Source of the DNA: Draconibacterium sp.
GTDB taxonomy: Bacteria; Bacteroidota; Bacteroidia; Bacteroidales; Prolixibacteraceae
Direction of reading: 5' to 3'
DNA length: 64,000 bases
Assembly: GCA_041554075.1 (NCBI GenBank)
Contig: JBFFMM010000001.1
Location: 816-64,815, forward strand
The notes beneath the pieces were generated by a model. It was not told the origin of the DNA, searched no databases, and worked only from the letters and a program-made list of their open reading frames with translations. Shown in pieces: positions 29,063 through 39,164 of the stretch. A program made the position numbers and the translations under genes. Numbering within the stretch: position 1 is the first letter of the stretch; each line of letters begins with the position of its first letter.

Positions 29063-29357
29063 TTTCGACTGCTGGGGTTCGGCTTGGTTTGCCATTTCGT
29101 TGGTGCCTTACCTAAAATCGATATTTTTATTTTCAACAAATTAAGAAACCGTTGCTTCTATGCCACTGAGTATAAAACTCCATGTTGCATCAGCATTTGT
29201 TTTTGTAGTACTGTCACCTTTTTCGCGTTTAATGCACTTTCTGGTATTTCCATTTGTGTATATCACCCATGCTTACCAATATGTAATTTTGAATTGGTAT
29301 AGGAAAAAATGGCGGACTTCTACTAAGTTTAATCAAGGAGTGAAAGCGAAGAATAAC
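29063..29357 (+). pseudogene. narI: 5'-truncated copy of the narI 3' region
   Basis: Direct repeat of about 17928-18222 (WGSAWFAISL.PYLKS...MPLSIKLHVASAFVF...KAKNN) with a TAC>TAA nonsense change at 29142-29144. Confidence 0.92.
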
Positions 29358-29564
29358 CACATACTTTATTGCAAAACAATATTTATAAAATATGAAGCTA
29401 GTTCTTATCTGTTTATAAGCTGTTGTTCTCGTTTACTTTTTAATATGTAACTAGAATCAAATATCCTGTGAAGTTTATTATATAATCCTAAGAATAAGCA
29501 AGGTTTTGTCCGTCATTTACTTGCATGAGAAGACAAAGGAGTGTTAAAAACTGTGACTGATTAT

Positions 29565-30266
29565 TTATTCAAACAAGCGATTAAAATGATTATCCAAGTG
29601 CTTTCGCATAGCATTTCTAAATTTATTGGCGTTCCCAGTTTTTAATATTTCCACCAAGCCTTTATGAGATACGTATTTCTTTTTGGATATCGGTCTGTCA
29701 ATTAATCCACTATCGTAGGCATAATTAAATATGGGAAGTAATATTTTTTGAAAATTAATTAATGTTTTGTTTTTAGTTATTTCATATAATTTTCCATGAA
29801 ATAAAATTTCGTGTTTGATATCAAATAGTAACGATTCCGAAGATTCGGGTTCTTTTTCAACTATTTCGGTTAACTCTACAATATCCTTTTCAGTTATATG
29901 ATTGTAAATTGAATCAGCCATTCCTATTTCAAGTACAAGTCTTAGTTCAAAAATATCTTTTAGGGTTGTATTATCCAATATGCTTGGAATCATAGATTTT
30001 TTAAGGATATTTGAAAAATCAGGACTTTTAATAATGGTGCCTTTGTGTTTTATTGATTCTATAATTCCCATTGTTTTCAATCGGTTTAGGGATTCTCTTA
30101 TAACCGTTCTGCTTACCTGCATTGTTGAAGCTAATTCGACTTCTTTCGGAATTAAATCTCCCGGATGTAGCTTTTTCTCTTCAAAATATTTTAAAAGATT
30201 AAATTCAACTTTATCAACCAAACTCCTTGTGTCTATTACAGATAGCATGCTTTCTTCGTTATTCAT
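29565..30266 (-). CDS. FadR/GntR-family regulator, likely repressor of the sialic-acid PUL
   Basis: L.PGD.IPKE.ELA....VSRTVIRE.L..L, FCD domain; divergent from susC. Confidence 0.9.
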   Translation of the reverse strand: MNNEESMLSVIDTRSLVDKVEFNLLKYFEEKKLHPGDLIPKEVELASTMQVSRTVIRESLNRLKTMGIIESIKHKGTIIKSPDFSNILKKSMIPSILDNTTLKDIFELRLVLEIGMADSIYNHITEKDIVELTEIVEKEPESSESLLFDIKHEILFHGKLYEITKNKTLINFQKILLPIFNYAYDSGLIDRPISKKKYVSHKGLVEILKTGNANKFRNAMRKHLDNHFNRLFE

Positions 30267-30285
30267 TTCTATGAAATTTATTTAT

Positions 30286-30379
30286 CATTATGTATGACTT
30301 AATACGCAAATATGGTAAAATAATTTTGAAATATAAAAATAATAAATACATTTGTCGTGTCTTATGTCATACATAAGAC
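30286..30379. promoter_or_regulatory. divergent promoter region with two FadR-type operator candidates
   Basis: Perfect GTCTTATGT-CAT-ACATAAGAC at 30359-30379 just after TACATTTG (30347-30354); related inverted copy at 30286-30305. Confidence 0.65.
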
Positions 30380-30407
30380 TTATGGGATTAATCAAATTTT
30401 AAATTTT

Positions 30408-33400
30408 ATGAAAAACAACAAAAAAGACAGATTGCAATTAAACAGAAGTATTTCCCTGAGTATGGGAGTACTTCTTACAATGCTTTGCCTGGTGTTTTTT
30501 CAGGCAGTAGTATTTGGACAGACCAGAGCTATAACTGGTAAGGTAACGGATGACACCGGGGAAACTTTGCCAGGTGTTTCAATTGTTATTGAAGGAACGA
30601 CACAGGGAACAGTTACCAATATTGATGGTGAATATTCGTTAAGTACCGAAGAGGGAAATGTGTTGGTTTTCTCTTTTATTGGTTTCGAAAAACAGTTTGT
30701 AACATTGGGAGGCTCCGATGTTATTAATGTTCAATTGAAAACAGAAACAACTGCTTTAGACGAAGTTGTTGTAACGGGTTATAGCACACAATCGCGCGCT
30801 GAAATGACAACTTCAATTTCGAAACTGGATACAAAAGTTCTAGAAAGTGCACCCCGTTCGAATGCCGCTACCGCACTTCAAGGTACAATTGCCGGATTAA
30901 AAGTAACCCAAACAAGTGGGCAACCAGGTACAACCCCGAGCATGGTGGTGCGCGGAGGAACAAGCTTTGATGGCACAGGTAGCCCGCTAATACTTGTTGA
31001 TGGAGTTCCGGGATCGTTCTATGCTTTGAACTCCGATGATATTGAGTCGATGGAAGTCTTAAAAGATGCCGCATCAACTGCAATTTATGGTGCCAGGGCT
31101 GCCAACGGTGTAATTTTGGTAACCACAAAAAAGGGGAAAGTTGGAAAATCGAATATTAATTTCAAAGCCAAATTTACCACGAACCAACGTCGCGAAGATC
31201 CGATGGAATATTTGAATGCTGCCGATTATGTGAAATTTAATCGTTTAGGCGTAAAACAAGCACAAGATGTGATGGGCTATGCATGGTTGAACCAGTTTTT
31301 AACAGGTGGTCATGCAGCTGGAACAGGAAACAATGCAACAAATTCGATTTATACGACAATGGTATTGTCGGATGATAATCGCTATTTATTGGATTACGAG
31401 GGGTGGCAAACCATTGAAGACCCTGTAAATCCCGGTACAATGCTACTATTTCAGGAAAACCAAATGAACGAGTTGTTTTACCAGGACAGTTACGCACAAG
31501 ATTACAGCCTGTCGTTTGATGGTGGGAATGATAAAGGAACCTATTATTTAGGACTTGGCTATCTTGACGATAAGGGATTGGTTTTTGGTTCTGCATTTAA
31601 AAGATACTCGGGAACGTTTAATGCTTCGTATAAGTTAACCGAAAACCTAAAGGTTTCTTCAAACATTATTTATGCTCATTCCAATCAAAACTTACCTTAT
31701 GATAGTGAGTATAATTTGTTCCAAAGAACAGCTGGTTTAGCACCAACATCGCGTATTTATAACAATAATCCTGATGGAAGTTTGTCGGATGAATACCAGC
31801 CAGGAACATATCTTGGTTTTGGTAACCCACTGTATTATCAAGACAAATTTGTGCGCTATAATTTGGAACAGCGGCTTACAGGCTCGGTTCAATTGGATTA
31901 CAACTTCTTAAACGATTTTACGTTTACAGTACGGGGTAGTCATTTTGCCATTAATAATTCAAACGAATCATTCAATAAAGCCTACTTAAACTCAGGACGT
32001 TTAAACACTGAAAGATTAGCTGCTGCTTCTCATAGAAGAACTTTACGCAACCAGTTAACATCTATGTTAAATTACAAAAAATCTTTTCAGGACAAACACA
32101 ATGTAAATGCATTGCTTGGTGCAGAGTACTTTGTTGAGAAGTATTTTACATTAAGCGCTGCCACCCGCCTTTCTCCTACCGATTTAATTTATACCATGAA
32201 TGTAGGTTCTGAAGCTTCGGGAGTTCCAAGTTCTTTTAGAACGGGGTACGAAATTGCATCCGTTTTTGGTCAGGTAAATTATGATTTTGATTATAAATAT
32301 TTGTTGGGATTTACATTTCGACATGATGGAACATCGCGCTTGGGAAATAATAAATATGGATTTTTTCCTGGAGTATCTGTTGGTTGGAATGCTCACAATG
32401 AAGACTTTTTTAAACGTTCGAACCTGAAATCGACAATTAATAAAATTAAACCAAGGTTAAGTTACGGAGTAAATGGTAACATCGATATATTAAGCAATTT
32501 TGGAGTATTCGGAAAGTATGGAACAACTGATATTTATGATACGCAGACAGGATATGCCAATAATCAATTGCCTTTGCTCGATTTAAAATGGGAACGTTCG
32601 ACAACCCTGAATATGGGATTGGATGTGGGATTGTTTGATAGCAAAATAACCATAATTGGAGACTATTTTATCCGCGATGTTCAGGATAAACTGGCAAATC
32701 TTACCTTGCCGCTTTGGACCGGATTTTCATCTATTACAACAAACAACGGAACGCTCCAAAACAAAGGATTAGAATTACAGGTAAACGCAAATGTAGTAGA
32801 AACGAATTCGCTGAAATGGAATTTAGGGCTGATTTACTACTCGGTTAAAAATTATGCAAAAGATCTTCCTGAAAACGGCGTGGATAAAAACAGGCAGGGT
32901 GGTACAGAAATTTATGACCCGGCAACTGGCGATTCGAAATATGTTGGAGGATTACAAGAAGGCGAACGAATTGGCTATGATTTAATTACTGCTTATGTTT
33001 TTGATGGTGTTTACCAAACACAAGCCGACATTGATGAACACGCAGGCAGGGTGGTTGAATTTGCAACTAAAAAAGATACCCGGTTTTTGGGCGATACCCG
33101 TTGGAAAGACCTGAATGGTGATAATGTAATTAACTATTTAGACCGTCAGGTTATTGGAAGAAGGACACCTGATTTTACCGGAGGTTTTACTTCTGATTTA
33201 AGCTATAAGAATTTTAATCTTTTTGTGAAAACCGACTTTGCAGTGGGGCATTACATTATAAATGGACGAAGGGTAAAAGGAATTGCGCAAACACAGGGTA
33301 ACCAAAACGGACCCGCTGAAATTGCCGATTCGTGGACACCGGAAAATCCAACATCAAATGTGCCAATTTTTACTTTGGTAGACAGACAAAGAAACCATTT

Positions 33401-33680
33401 GGCAGCAGGTGGCGACCAAGGTTCTATGGATAACAGCAGTTCAAGAATGTGGGAAAAAGGAGATTATTTTGCACTTCGCGAAGTAACACTTAGTTACGAC
33501 CTCGATGGAAAAATCGCAAATAATACCTTTCAAAATATTAGACTTTATGTAACCGGTTCAAATTTAGCCTACTTTAATGGATTTTCAGGCAGTACACCCG
33601 AAGAATCGGGGAGCGGTATAGACACAGGAAGGTTCCCTTTACCAAGAACAATGACTTTGGGAGTTAACGTAACTTTTTAA
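30408..33680 (+). CDS. susC: SusC/RagA TonB-dependent transporter (NanO-like)
   Basis: LDEVVVTGY, DIESMEVLKDAASTAIYGARAANGVILVTTKKG, LKWE, C-terminal GVNVTF. Confidence 0.95.
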   Translation: MKNNKKDRLQLNRSISLSMGVLLTMLCLVFFQAVVFGQTRAITGKVTDDTGETLPGVSIVIEGTTQGTVTNIDGEYSLSTEEGNVLVFSFIGFEKQFVTLGGSDVINVQLKTETTALDEVVVTGYSTQSRAEMTTSISKLDTKVLESAPRSNAATALQGTIAGLKVTQTSGQPGTTPSMVVRGGTSFDGTGSPLILVDGVPGSFYALNSDDIESMEVLKDAASTAIYGARAANGVILVTTKKGKVGKSNINFKAKFTTNQRREDPMEYLNAADYVKFNRLGVKQAQDVMGYAWLNQFLTGGHAAGTGNNATNSIYTTMVLSDDNRYLLDYEGWQTIEDPVNPGTMLLFQENQMNELFYQDSYAQDYSLSFDGGNDKGTYYLGLGYLDDKGLVFGSAFKRYSGTFNASYKLTENLKVSSNIIYAHSNQNLPYDSEYNLFQRTAGLAPTSRIYNNNPDGSLSDEYQPGTYLGFGNPLYYQDKFVRYNLEQRLTGSVQLDYNFLNDFTFTVRGSHFAINNSNESFNKAYLNSGRLNTERLAAASHRRTLRNQLTSMLNYKKSFQDKHNVNALLGAEYFVEKYFTLSAATRLSPTDLIYTMNVGSEASGVPSSFRTGYEIASVFGQVNYDFDYKYLLGFTFRHDGTSRLGNNKYGFFPGVSVGWNAHNEDFFKRSNLKSTINKIKPRLSYGVNGNIDILSNFGVFGKYGTTDIYDTQTGYANNQLPLLDLKWERSTTLNMGLDVGLFDSKITIIGDYFIRDVQDKLANLTLPLWTGFSSITTNNGTLQNKGLELQVNANVVETNSLKWNLGLIYYSVKNYAKDLPENGVDKNRQGGTEIYDPATGDSKYVGGLQEGERIGYDLITAYVFDGVYQTQADIDEHAGRVVEFATKKDTRFLGDTRWKDLNGDNVINYLDRQVIGRRTPDFTGGFTSDLSYKNFNLFVKTDFAVGHYIINGRRVKGIAQTQGNQNGPAEIADSWTPENPTSNVPIFTLVDRQRNHLAAGGDQGSMDNSSSRMWEKGDYFALREVTLSYDLDGKIANNTFQNIRLYVTGSNLAYFNGFSGSTPEESGSGIDTGRFPLPRTMTLGVNVTF

Positions 33681-33692
33681 TCCTTAATTATT

Positions 33693-35171
33693 ATGAAGAA
33701 ATATATAATATTATTTATGGCAATTGCATTTCTGGGCTCATGCGACCTCGATATGCAGCCCGAAAGCGAATTAACATACAATGGTTTTTGGGACACAGAA
33801 GAAGCTGCAAGGGCAGCACACACCGGCATTTATGCCAGCTACAGAAATTATGCCTACACTATATGGCAAATGGGCGAATTACGCTCCGATATTTGGGGTG
33901 GAAATACAATTGAATCACCATCAGGAATTGATTTAATAGATAATAACATCAGTTCATCTGTTGTACACTTCAATAACTGGGCGAATTTTTATGGGCTTTT
34001 ACATTATATAAACGATTTTATAATGAATGCACCCGAAGTGCCTTTTGCCAGCGAAGAAGATAAAAACCAAATGCTTGGGCAAATTTATGGGATACGTGCC
34101 CAGGTTTATTACACAATGATAAAAGCATGGGGCGATGTACCTATTTCAACCGAGCCTTTATTAGAAGTTAATCTTGAAGAACTTAAAAAACCCAGGTCTC
34201 CTAAAAGTGAAGTGATGACGCAAATAAAAAACGACATTGCAAAATCGCTTGAATATTTTGGAAGCGATAATAGTTTTTGGCAAGGAAAAAATATTTATTG
34301 GTCGAAAGCAGCTACCCTTGCACTTAAAGGCGATGTTTATTTATGGTCAGGAAATGTACTTGGCGGAGGAAATCCAGATTTTACCGAAGCAAAAGCTGCA
34401 CTTGGTCAAATAAACGGATTCGAGTTGGTTGACTACAGTAATTTATGGGGGCAGGGAAATGAAAATAACAATGAGTTTATTTTTGCCTTCGATTATGAAC
34501 AAGACCAAGCAAGTAATTATTACGGTTCTTTTACCGGTAGGGCAGTTGATTTTGCTGAACTTTTTGATGATGAAGGAAATTCCATGGCAGATTTTGTTGT
34601 TAACGGAGCAAGTAGATTTGGTCCATCAGATAAAGTACTCTTGAAATTGGACGATATAAATGATTTACGCAGAAGTAACTTTGTTCGCCTGTACAACAAT
34701 GCCGATGGACATATTCCTTACCAGGCAGGTTCCGAAAATTACAAAGGAGCAGTTTTGGCAAAATTTTTAGGGATTATTGGAGACGATGGTTCACGAAAAA
34801 ACTACAACAATATTCCATTGTACCGTTATGCCGATGTACTTTTAATGTTGGCAGAGGCTAAAAATAATTTAGGCGAAGACCCGTCGACTGAAATTAATGC
34901 TGTAAGAGCAAGAGCCTATGGCGATAATTTTGCAGGCAATGAGTATTCAAACGGTTCTGCAGCAGAAAATAAAAATGCAATTTTAGAAGAACGATTAAAA
35001 GAATTTGTTGGAGAAGGAAAAAGGTGGTGGGATTTAGTGCGTGCCGGCGACGGAATTGTTTTCGTCGAGGTAGAAACCTTGAGTGAGGATGAAGCGTATA
35101 AAATTTACTACTCCATATCGCAAGATATGCTTGCCAATGATTCGGAACTCGTACAAACAGAAGGATATTAG
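33693..35171 (+). CDS. susD: SusD-family lipoprotein (NanU-like)
   Basis: Lipobox FLGSC, WGDVP, YRYADVLLMLAEA, ILEER.KEF.GEG.RWWDL.R. Confidence 0.95.
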   Translation: MKKYIILFMAIAFLGSCDLDMQPESELTYNGFWDTEEAARAAHTGIYASYRNYAYTIWQMGELRSDIWGGNTIESPSGIDLIDNNISSSVVHFNNWANFYGLLHYINDFIMNAPEVPFASEEDKNQMLGQIYGIRAQVYYTMIKAWGDVPISTEPLLEVNLEELKKPRSPKSEVMTQIKNDIAKSLEYFGSDNSFWQGKNIYWSKAATLALKGDVYLWSGNVLGGGNPDFTEAKAALGQINGFELVDYSNLWGQGNENNNEFIFAFDYEQDQASNYYGSFTGRAVDFAELFDDEGNSMADFVVNGASRFGPSDKVLLKLDDINDLRRSNFVRLYNNADGHIPYQAGSENYKGAVLAKFLGIIGDDGSRKNYNNIPLYRYADVLLMLAEAKNNLGEDPSTEINAVRARAYGDNFAGNEYSNGSAAENKNAILEERLKEFVGEGKRWWDLVRAGDGIVFVEVETLSEDEAYKIYYSISQDMLANDSELVQTEGY

Positions 35172-35238
35172 TTTTGAATGTTTTAATTGGGCGAATAAGA
35201 TTACCCTTTTTCATAGATTTAGTTTGATTTGTTAGAAA

Positions 35239-35264
35239 AATTAGGGAGCCTTGGCTCCCTGATT
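35239..35264 (+). terminator. hairpin after susD (terminator/attenuator)
   Basis: AGGGAGCC-TT-GGCTCCCT; short T tail. Confidence 0.5.
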
Positions 35265-35377
35265 TCGATATTCGCCTTCTCAATTTCGGCACTATTCTCT
35301 AAAGAATTACTTGAATGTTACAACCTTTAAATTTTGAAATATATACTTTAGATAGTTTCAATTTGAAATGAATCAAT

Positions 35378-37402
35378 ATGTACAAACCATCAACCATTTT
35401 AGTCCTTCTTACTTTTTTCTTCTTGTCTTGTCAAGTTAAAGAAGATATAAAACCCGCATTAATACCATTTCCTCACGAAATTGAATGGGGAGAAAAAGAA
35501 TTGTCTTTTAGTGGAATTGTAATTGATTCAAAAAGCAGCTTCGAAAAGCAACAACAAGTATTAGAAAAGCACTTTAGAAAAGAAGACAAAAGCAAGCCAA
35601 TAACCATAAAACTAATTAAAACCGAAGTTAAAAACCCGCATGGTTTCCCTGGTGCGTATGAGCTTCGGGTTGATAATGAAATTGAAATAAAAGCCTCCGA
35701 TGCCTCCGGAATTTTTTACGGCATACAAACGTTAAAGCAATTAATTACTACTGAAGGAGAAACTTTTACTATACCAAAATGTGTTATTAACGATTGGCCA
35801 GCCTTTCAAATCCGTGGCTTTATGCACGATGTGGGGCGCAATTACCAAACACCAGAATTATTAAAAGAACAAATTGATGTTTTAGCGGCCTACAAATACA
35901 ATGTGTTTCATATGCACATTACCGACGATCCGGGGTGGCGCCTGGAAAGCAAAATATACCCGCAACTGCAATCGGCAGAAGCAACAAGCCGCAAACCTGG
36001 GAAATTTTATACCCAGCAAGAATTTAAACACCTTGTTGAATATTGCCGCCAACGCCACATTACCTTAATTCCTGAAATTGATGTGCCTGGGCACACCGCA
36101 GCTTTTCGTAAAGCATTGGGCATTAAATCAATGAACAGTTCTGAAGTTCAGCAAATTATTATGGATTTAGTAGATGAATTGTGTACACTGGCACCACCAG
36201 AAATAATGCCGTACATTCATTTGGGCACCGATGAAGTACGCGAACCATCGGAAATGGTAGATGAGGATTTTTTAGTTCCCATCATCCAAAAGATCCATGA
36301 CAATAAGCGCGAATATATTTCGTGGTGGCACGGCATACGAACGCCCGGCGACAGTACTTCCATAAAACAACTTTGGGCGCAACACGAGCCATTGGCAGGT
36401 CATCCGTTCATTGATTCGCGTGCCAATTACATTAACCACCTCGACCCACTGGCGGGTATCGGTTGTTTGTTTTTTCAGCAACCTTGTCGCGCCGAACATG
36501 GCGACTCACTTCGCCTGGGAGGAATTCTGTGTTGCTGGCCCGACGACCGCGTTGAGGAAGAAAGAAATATACTTTTGCAAAATTCGGTTTATCCTTTTAT
36601 GCTCACCTACAGCGAAGCAATTTGGCGAGGTGTAAAATCAACCGGCGACAAATACTGGGCACAGTTGCCTCCGGTAAATTCACCGGAATATCTGGCATAC
36701 CACGAATTTGAAAACAGGCTGGTCGTTCACCGTAACAACTATTTTCAGGAAAAAGAATTTCCTTTCGTGAAAAACAGTCATATTCCGTGGAAAATTATTG
36801 GCCCGTTTAATCACAACGGAGATTTTGAACAAACTTTTGAACCCGAAAAAGAAATTAAAAACAGCTATACTATTGATGGCAAAACCTACCAATGGAACGA
36901 AACCGATTTATACGGCGGAACCGTTCATCTCAACCATTTCTTTGGATTTCCATCTCCCATTCAGCAGAAAGAAGGAACTGTTTATGCCCTCAATTATATC
37001 TTTGTTGAAAAAGAACAGGAAATGGATTTCTGGATTGGTTTTCAAAACTGGTCGCGTTCGGGTGGCAGACGTGGTGGACCAACGGCTGATATGGGAGAAT
37101 GGCATTATACCAAGCCAAAAATTTGGGTGAACGACAACGAAATTCAGCCTCCAAAATGGAAACAACCCGGGTTAGAATCGAATACGCCGGAAATACCTTT
37201 TGTGGACGAAGATTATTATTACCGCGAGCCAACAAAAATCCAACTTCAAAAAGGTTGGAACAAGTTTTTGTTGAAAATTCCGCAGGGAGGTAATTCCTGG
37301 AAATGGATGTTTACCTGTGTTCCGGTTGATATTCAGGAAAACGGAGTTAGGGAAATAGAAAATTTGCAATATTCTACCGATATAAATATTCAAAAAAAAT
37401 AA
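35378..37402 (+). CDS. GH20 beta-N-acetylhexosaminidase lipoprotein
   Basis: D.P.F..RGFMHDVGRNY, PEIDVPGH, HLGTDE. Confidence 0.92.
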   Translation: MYKPSTILVLLTFFFLSCQVKEDIKPALIPFPHEIEWGEKELSFSGIVIDSKSSFEKQQQVLEKHFRKEDKSKPITIKLIKTEVKNPHGFPGAYELRVDNEIEIKASDASGIFYGIQTLKQLITTEGETFTIPKCVINDWPAFQIRGFMHDVGRNYQTPELLKEQIDVLAAYKYNVFHMHITDDPGWRLESKIYPQLQSAEATSRKPGKFYTQQEFKHLVEYCRQRHITLIPEIDVPGHTAAFRKALGIKSMNSSEVQQIIMDLVDELCTLAPPEIMPYIHLGTDEVREPSEMVDEDFLVPIIQKIHDNKREYISWWHGIRTPGDSTSIKQLWAQHEPLAGHPFIDSRANYINHLDPLAGIGCLFFQQPCRAEHGDSLRLGGILCCWPDDRVEEERNILLQNSVYPFMLTYSEAIWRGVKSTGDKYWAQLPPVNSPEYLAYHEFENRLVVHRNNYFQEKEFPFVKNSHIPWKIIGPFNHNGDFEQTFEPEKEIKNSYTIDGKTYQWNETDLYGGTVHLNHFFGFPSPIQQKEGTVYALNYIFVEKEQEMDFWIGFQNWSRSGGRRGGPTADMGEWHYTKPKIWVNDNEIQPPKWKQPGLESNTPEIPFVDEDYYYREPTKIQLQKGWNKFLLKIPQGGNSWKWMFTCVPVDIQENGVREIENLQYSTDINIQKK

Positions 37403-37422
37403 AACTCAAAAAAACAAAAAAT

Positions 37423-38550
37423 ATGAAGATTTCATTTTTAGTACTAATTCTACTGGCAGGTACTTTACTTTCCTGCAATCAGAAAGAAAAATCACAGAAG
37501 GTAAGTGAGAAATTAGAATTTGTGGATTTGTTCGATACATCAATGAATCCGGATGTTTCGTGCTATCGGATTCCGGCCATTGTAACCGCGCCAAATGGCG
37601 ATTTAATTGCTGCCATCGACGAACGCGTTCCTTCGTGTGGCGATTTAAAATGGAGCGACGATATAAATATTGTAATTCGCCGAAGTTCCGACAACGGAGT
37701 AACATGGACTGAAATCGAAAAGATTATTGACTTCCCTCTTGGAAAATCAGCATCGGACCCATCGATGATTGTGGATGAAAAAACCAATGAAATTTTCATG
37801 TTTTACAATTACATGGATTTAGACAAGGAAAAAGATGTATACTATCTGCACGTAACAAAAAGTGCCGACAACGGAAAGACATGGAGCGAACCCGAAGATA
37901 TTACCTCACAAATTGCCAAACCCGAATGGCACAACGATTTTAAGTTTATTACATCGGGACGCGGAATTTATACAAGCACGGATAAATTACTGCATTGTAT
38001 GGTAAATCTAAAAAGCGGACTACATGTATTTGGGAGCGACGACCATGGAAAATCGTGGTATTTTATCGATACCCCAATTTTGCCGGGCGACGAATCGAAA
38101 ATAGTAGAATTGGTTGATGGAACCTGGATGATTAACAGCCGCGTAAATGGAAGTGGAGTTCGCTACATTCATACTTCGAATAATGAAGGTCTTACCTGGG
38201 AAACAAAAGCCGATTCGGCGCTAATCGACCCCAGTTGTAACGCAAGTATTATTCGTTATACATCGGTAAAAAATGGAGACGACAAAAACCGACTTCTTTT
38301 TTCGAATGCAAAAACGGAAAAAGAACGCGAAAACATGTCTGTTCGGGTGAGTTACGACGAAGGACTAACGTGGACAGAAGGAAAAACAATTTATGCCGGA
38401 GGCTCAGCATATTCGTCGTTAACCGTTTTGGAAAATGGCGAGATTGGGCTGTTTTTTGAAAAGGATGAGTATACAAAAAATCCATTTGTGAGTTTTTCTT
38501 TAGAATGGTTAACGGATGGTGAAGACCGTTACAAAAAATCTCAAAAATAA
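37423..38550 (+). CDS. nanH: GH33 sialidase lipoprotein
   Basis: YRIP motif and five Asp-boxes (SSDNGVTW, SADNGKTW, SDDHGKSW, SNNEGLTW, SYDEGLTW). Confidence 0.92.
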   Translation: MKISFLVLILLAGTLLSCNQKEKSQKVSEKLEFVDLFDTSMNPDVSCYRIPAIVTAPNGDLIAAIDERVPSCGDLKWSDDINIVIRRSSDNGVTWTEIEKIIDFPLGKSASDPSMIVDEKTNEIFMFYNYMDLDKEKDVYYLHVTKSADNGKTWSEPEDITSQIAKPEWHNDFKFITSGRGIYTSTDKLLHCMVNLKSGLHVFGSDDHGKSWYFIDTPILPGDESKIVELVDGTWMINSRVNGSGVRYIHTSNNEGLTWETKADSALIDPSCNASIIRYTSVKNGDDKNRLLFSNAKTEKERENMSVRVSYDEGLTWTEGKTIYAGGSAYSSLTVLENGEIGLFFEKDEYTKNPFVSFSLEWLTDGEDRYKKSQK

Positions 38551-38555
38551 ATACA

Positions 38556-39035
38556 ATGGCAGTCTTTGGAAAATTAGACGATGTTTTAAAAATGCGTCTT
38601 CAAGGTGATAGGATTCGTAAAGGACTACTCTATTTAAAAGAAGCCAATCATAACGATATTTTCTCAGCACTCGAAACAGAAAAGGGAAGCAAAATTATTA
38701 ACATTGAAGATAAGAATCTGTTCGCTATTTATTCCATATATAATCCTTTGAATGATGAACCTGTAAAGTTTGAAAGACATAAAAAATACATTGATATTCA
38801 ATATTTATTTGAAGGAGAAGAGTTGATTTTGGTGGCTTTTGACCATATGCAAAAAGTAACAGATTTTAGTGATGAAAATGATTGTCAAATAGCTGAAAAT
38901 AGTGCTTATTCATCTGTTTATATGAAACAAGGCTATGTCTCCCTTTTATTTCCGGAAGATTGGCATGCTCCGGGTAGACGAGCCAATCAATCGGATAAAG
39001 TAAAAAAAATAGTTTTAAAGGTGGTTTTAGAATAG
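38556..39035 (+). CDS. YhcH/YjgK/YiaL (NanQ-like) protein
   Basis: FERHKKYIDIQY...GEE, LFPEDWHAP, VKKIVLKV. Confidence 0.9.
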   Translation: MAVFGKLDDVLKMRLQGDRIRKGLLYLKEANHNDIFSALETEKGSKIINIEDKNLFAIYSIYNPLNDEPVKFERHKKYIDIQYLFEGEELILVAFDHMQKVTDFSDENDCQIAENSAYSSVYMKQGYVSLLFPEDWHAPGRRANQSDKVKKIVLKVVLE

Positions 39036-39121
39036 AATTAAGGCAGTGTTAAGAAAAAAAATAAACAGATATAACAAATTTAAATAATGTGGAAGATGAA
39101 ACATACGGTTTGCACGGATTT

Positions 39122-39156
39122 ACTTCCGACTTCTAACTTCGGTCTTCCCACTTATC
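39122..39156. repeat. heptamer tandem repeat (WCTTCNN)n
   Basis: ACTTCCG ACTTCTA ACTTCGG TCTTCCC. Confidence 0.55.
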
Positions 39157-39164
39157 TTTAAAAT

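Noticed and set aside
29160-29450. 96-aa ORF as a functional mini-NarI
   Set aside because: It is a fragment downstream of a nonsense codon, lacks the N-terminal heme ligands and reads through into unrelated sequence
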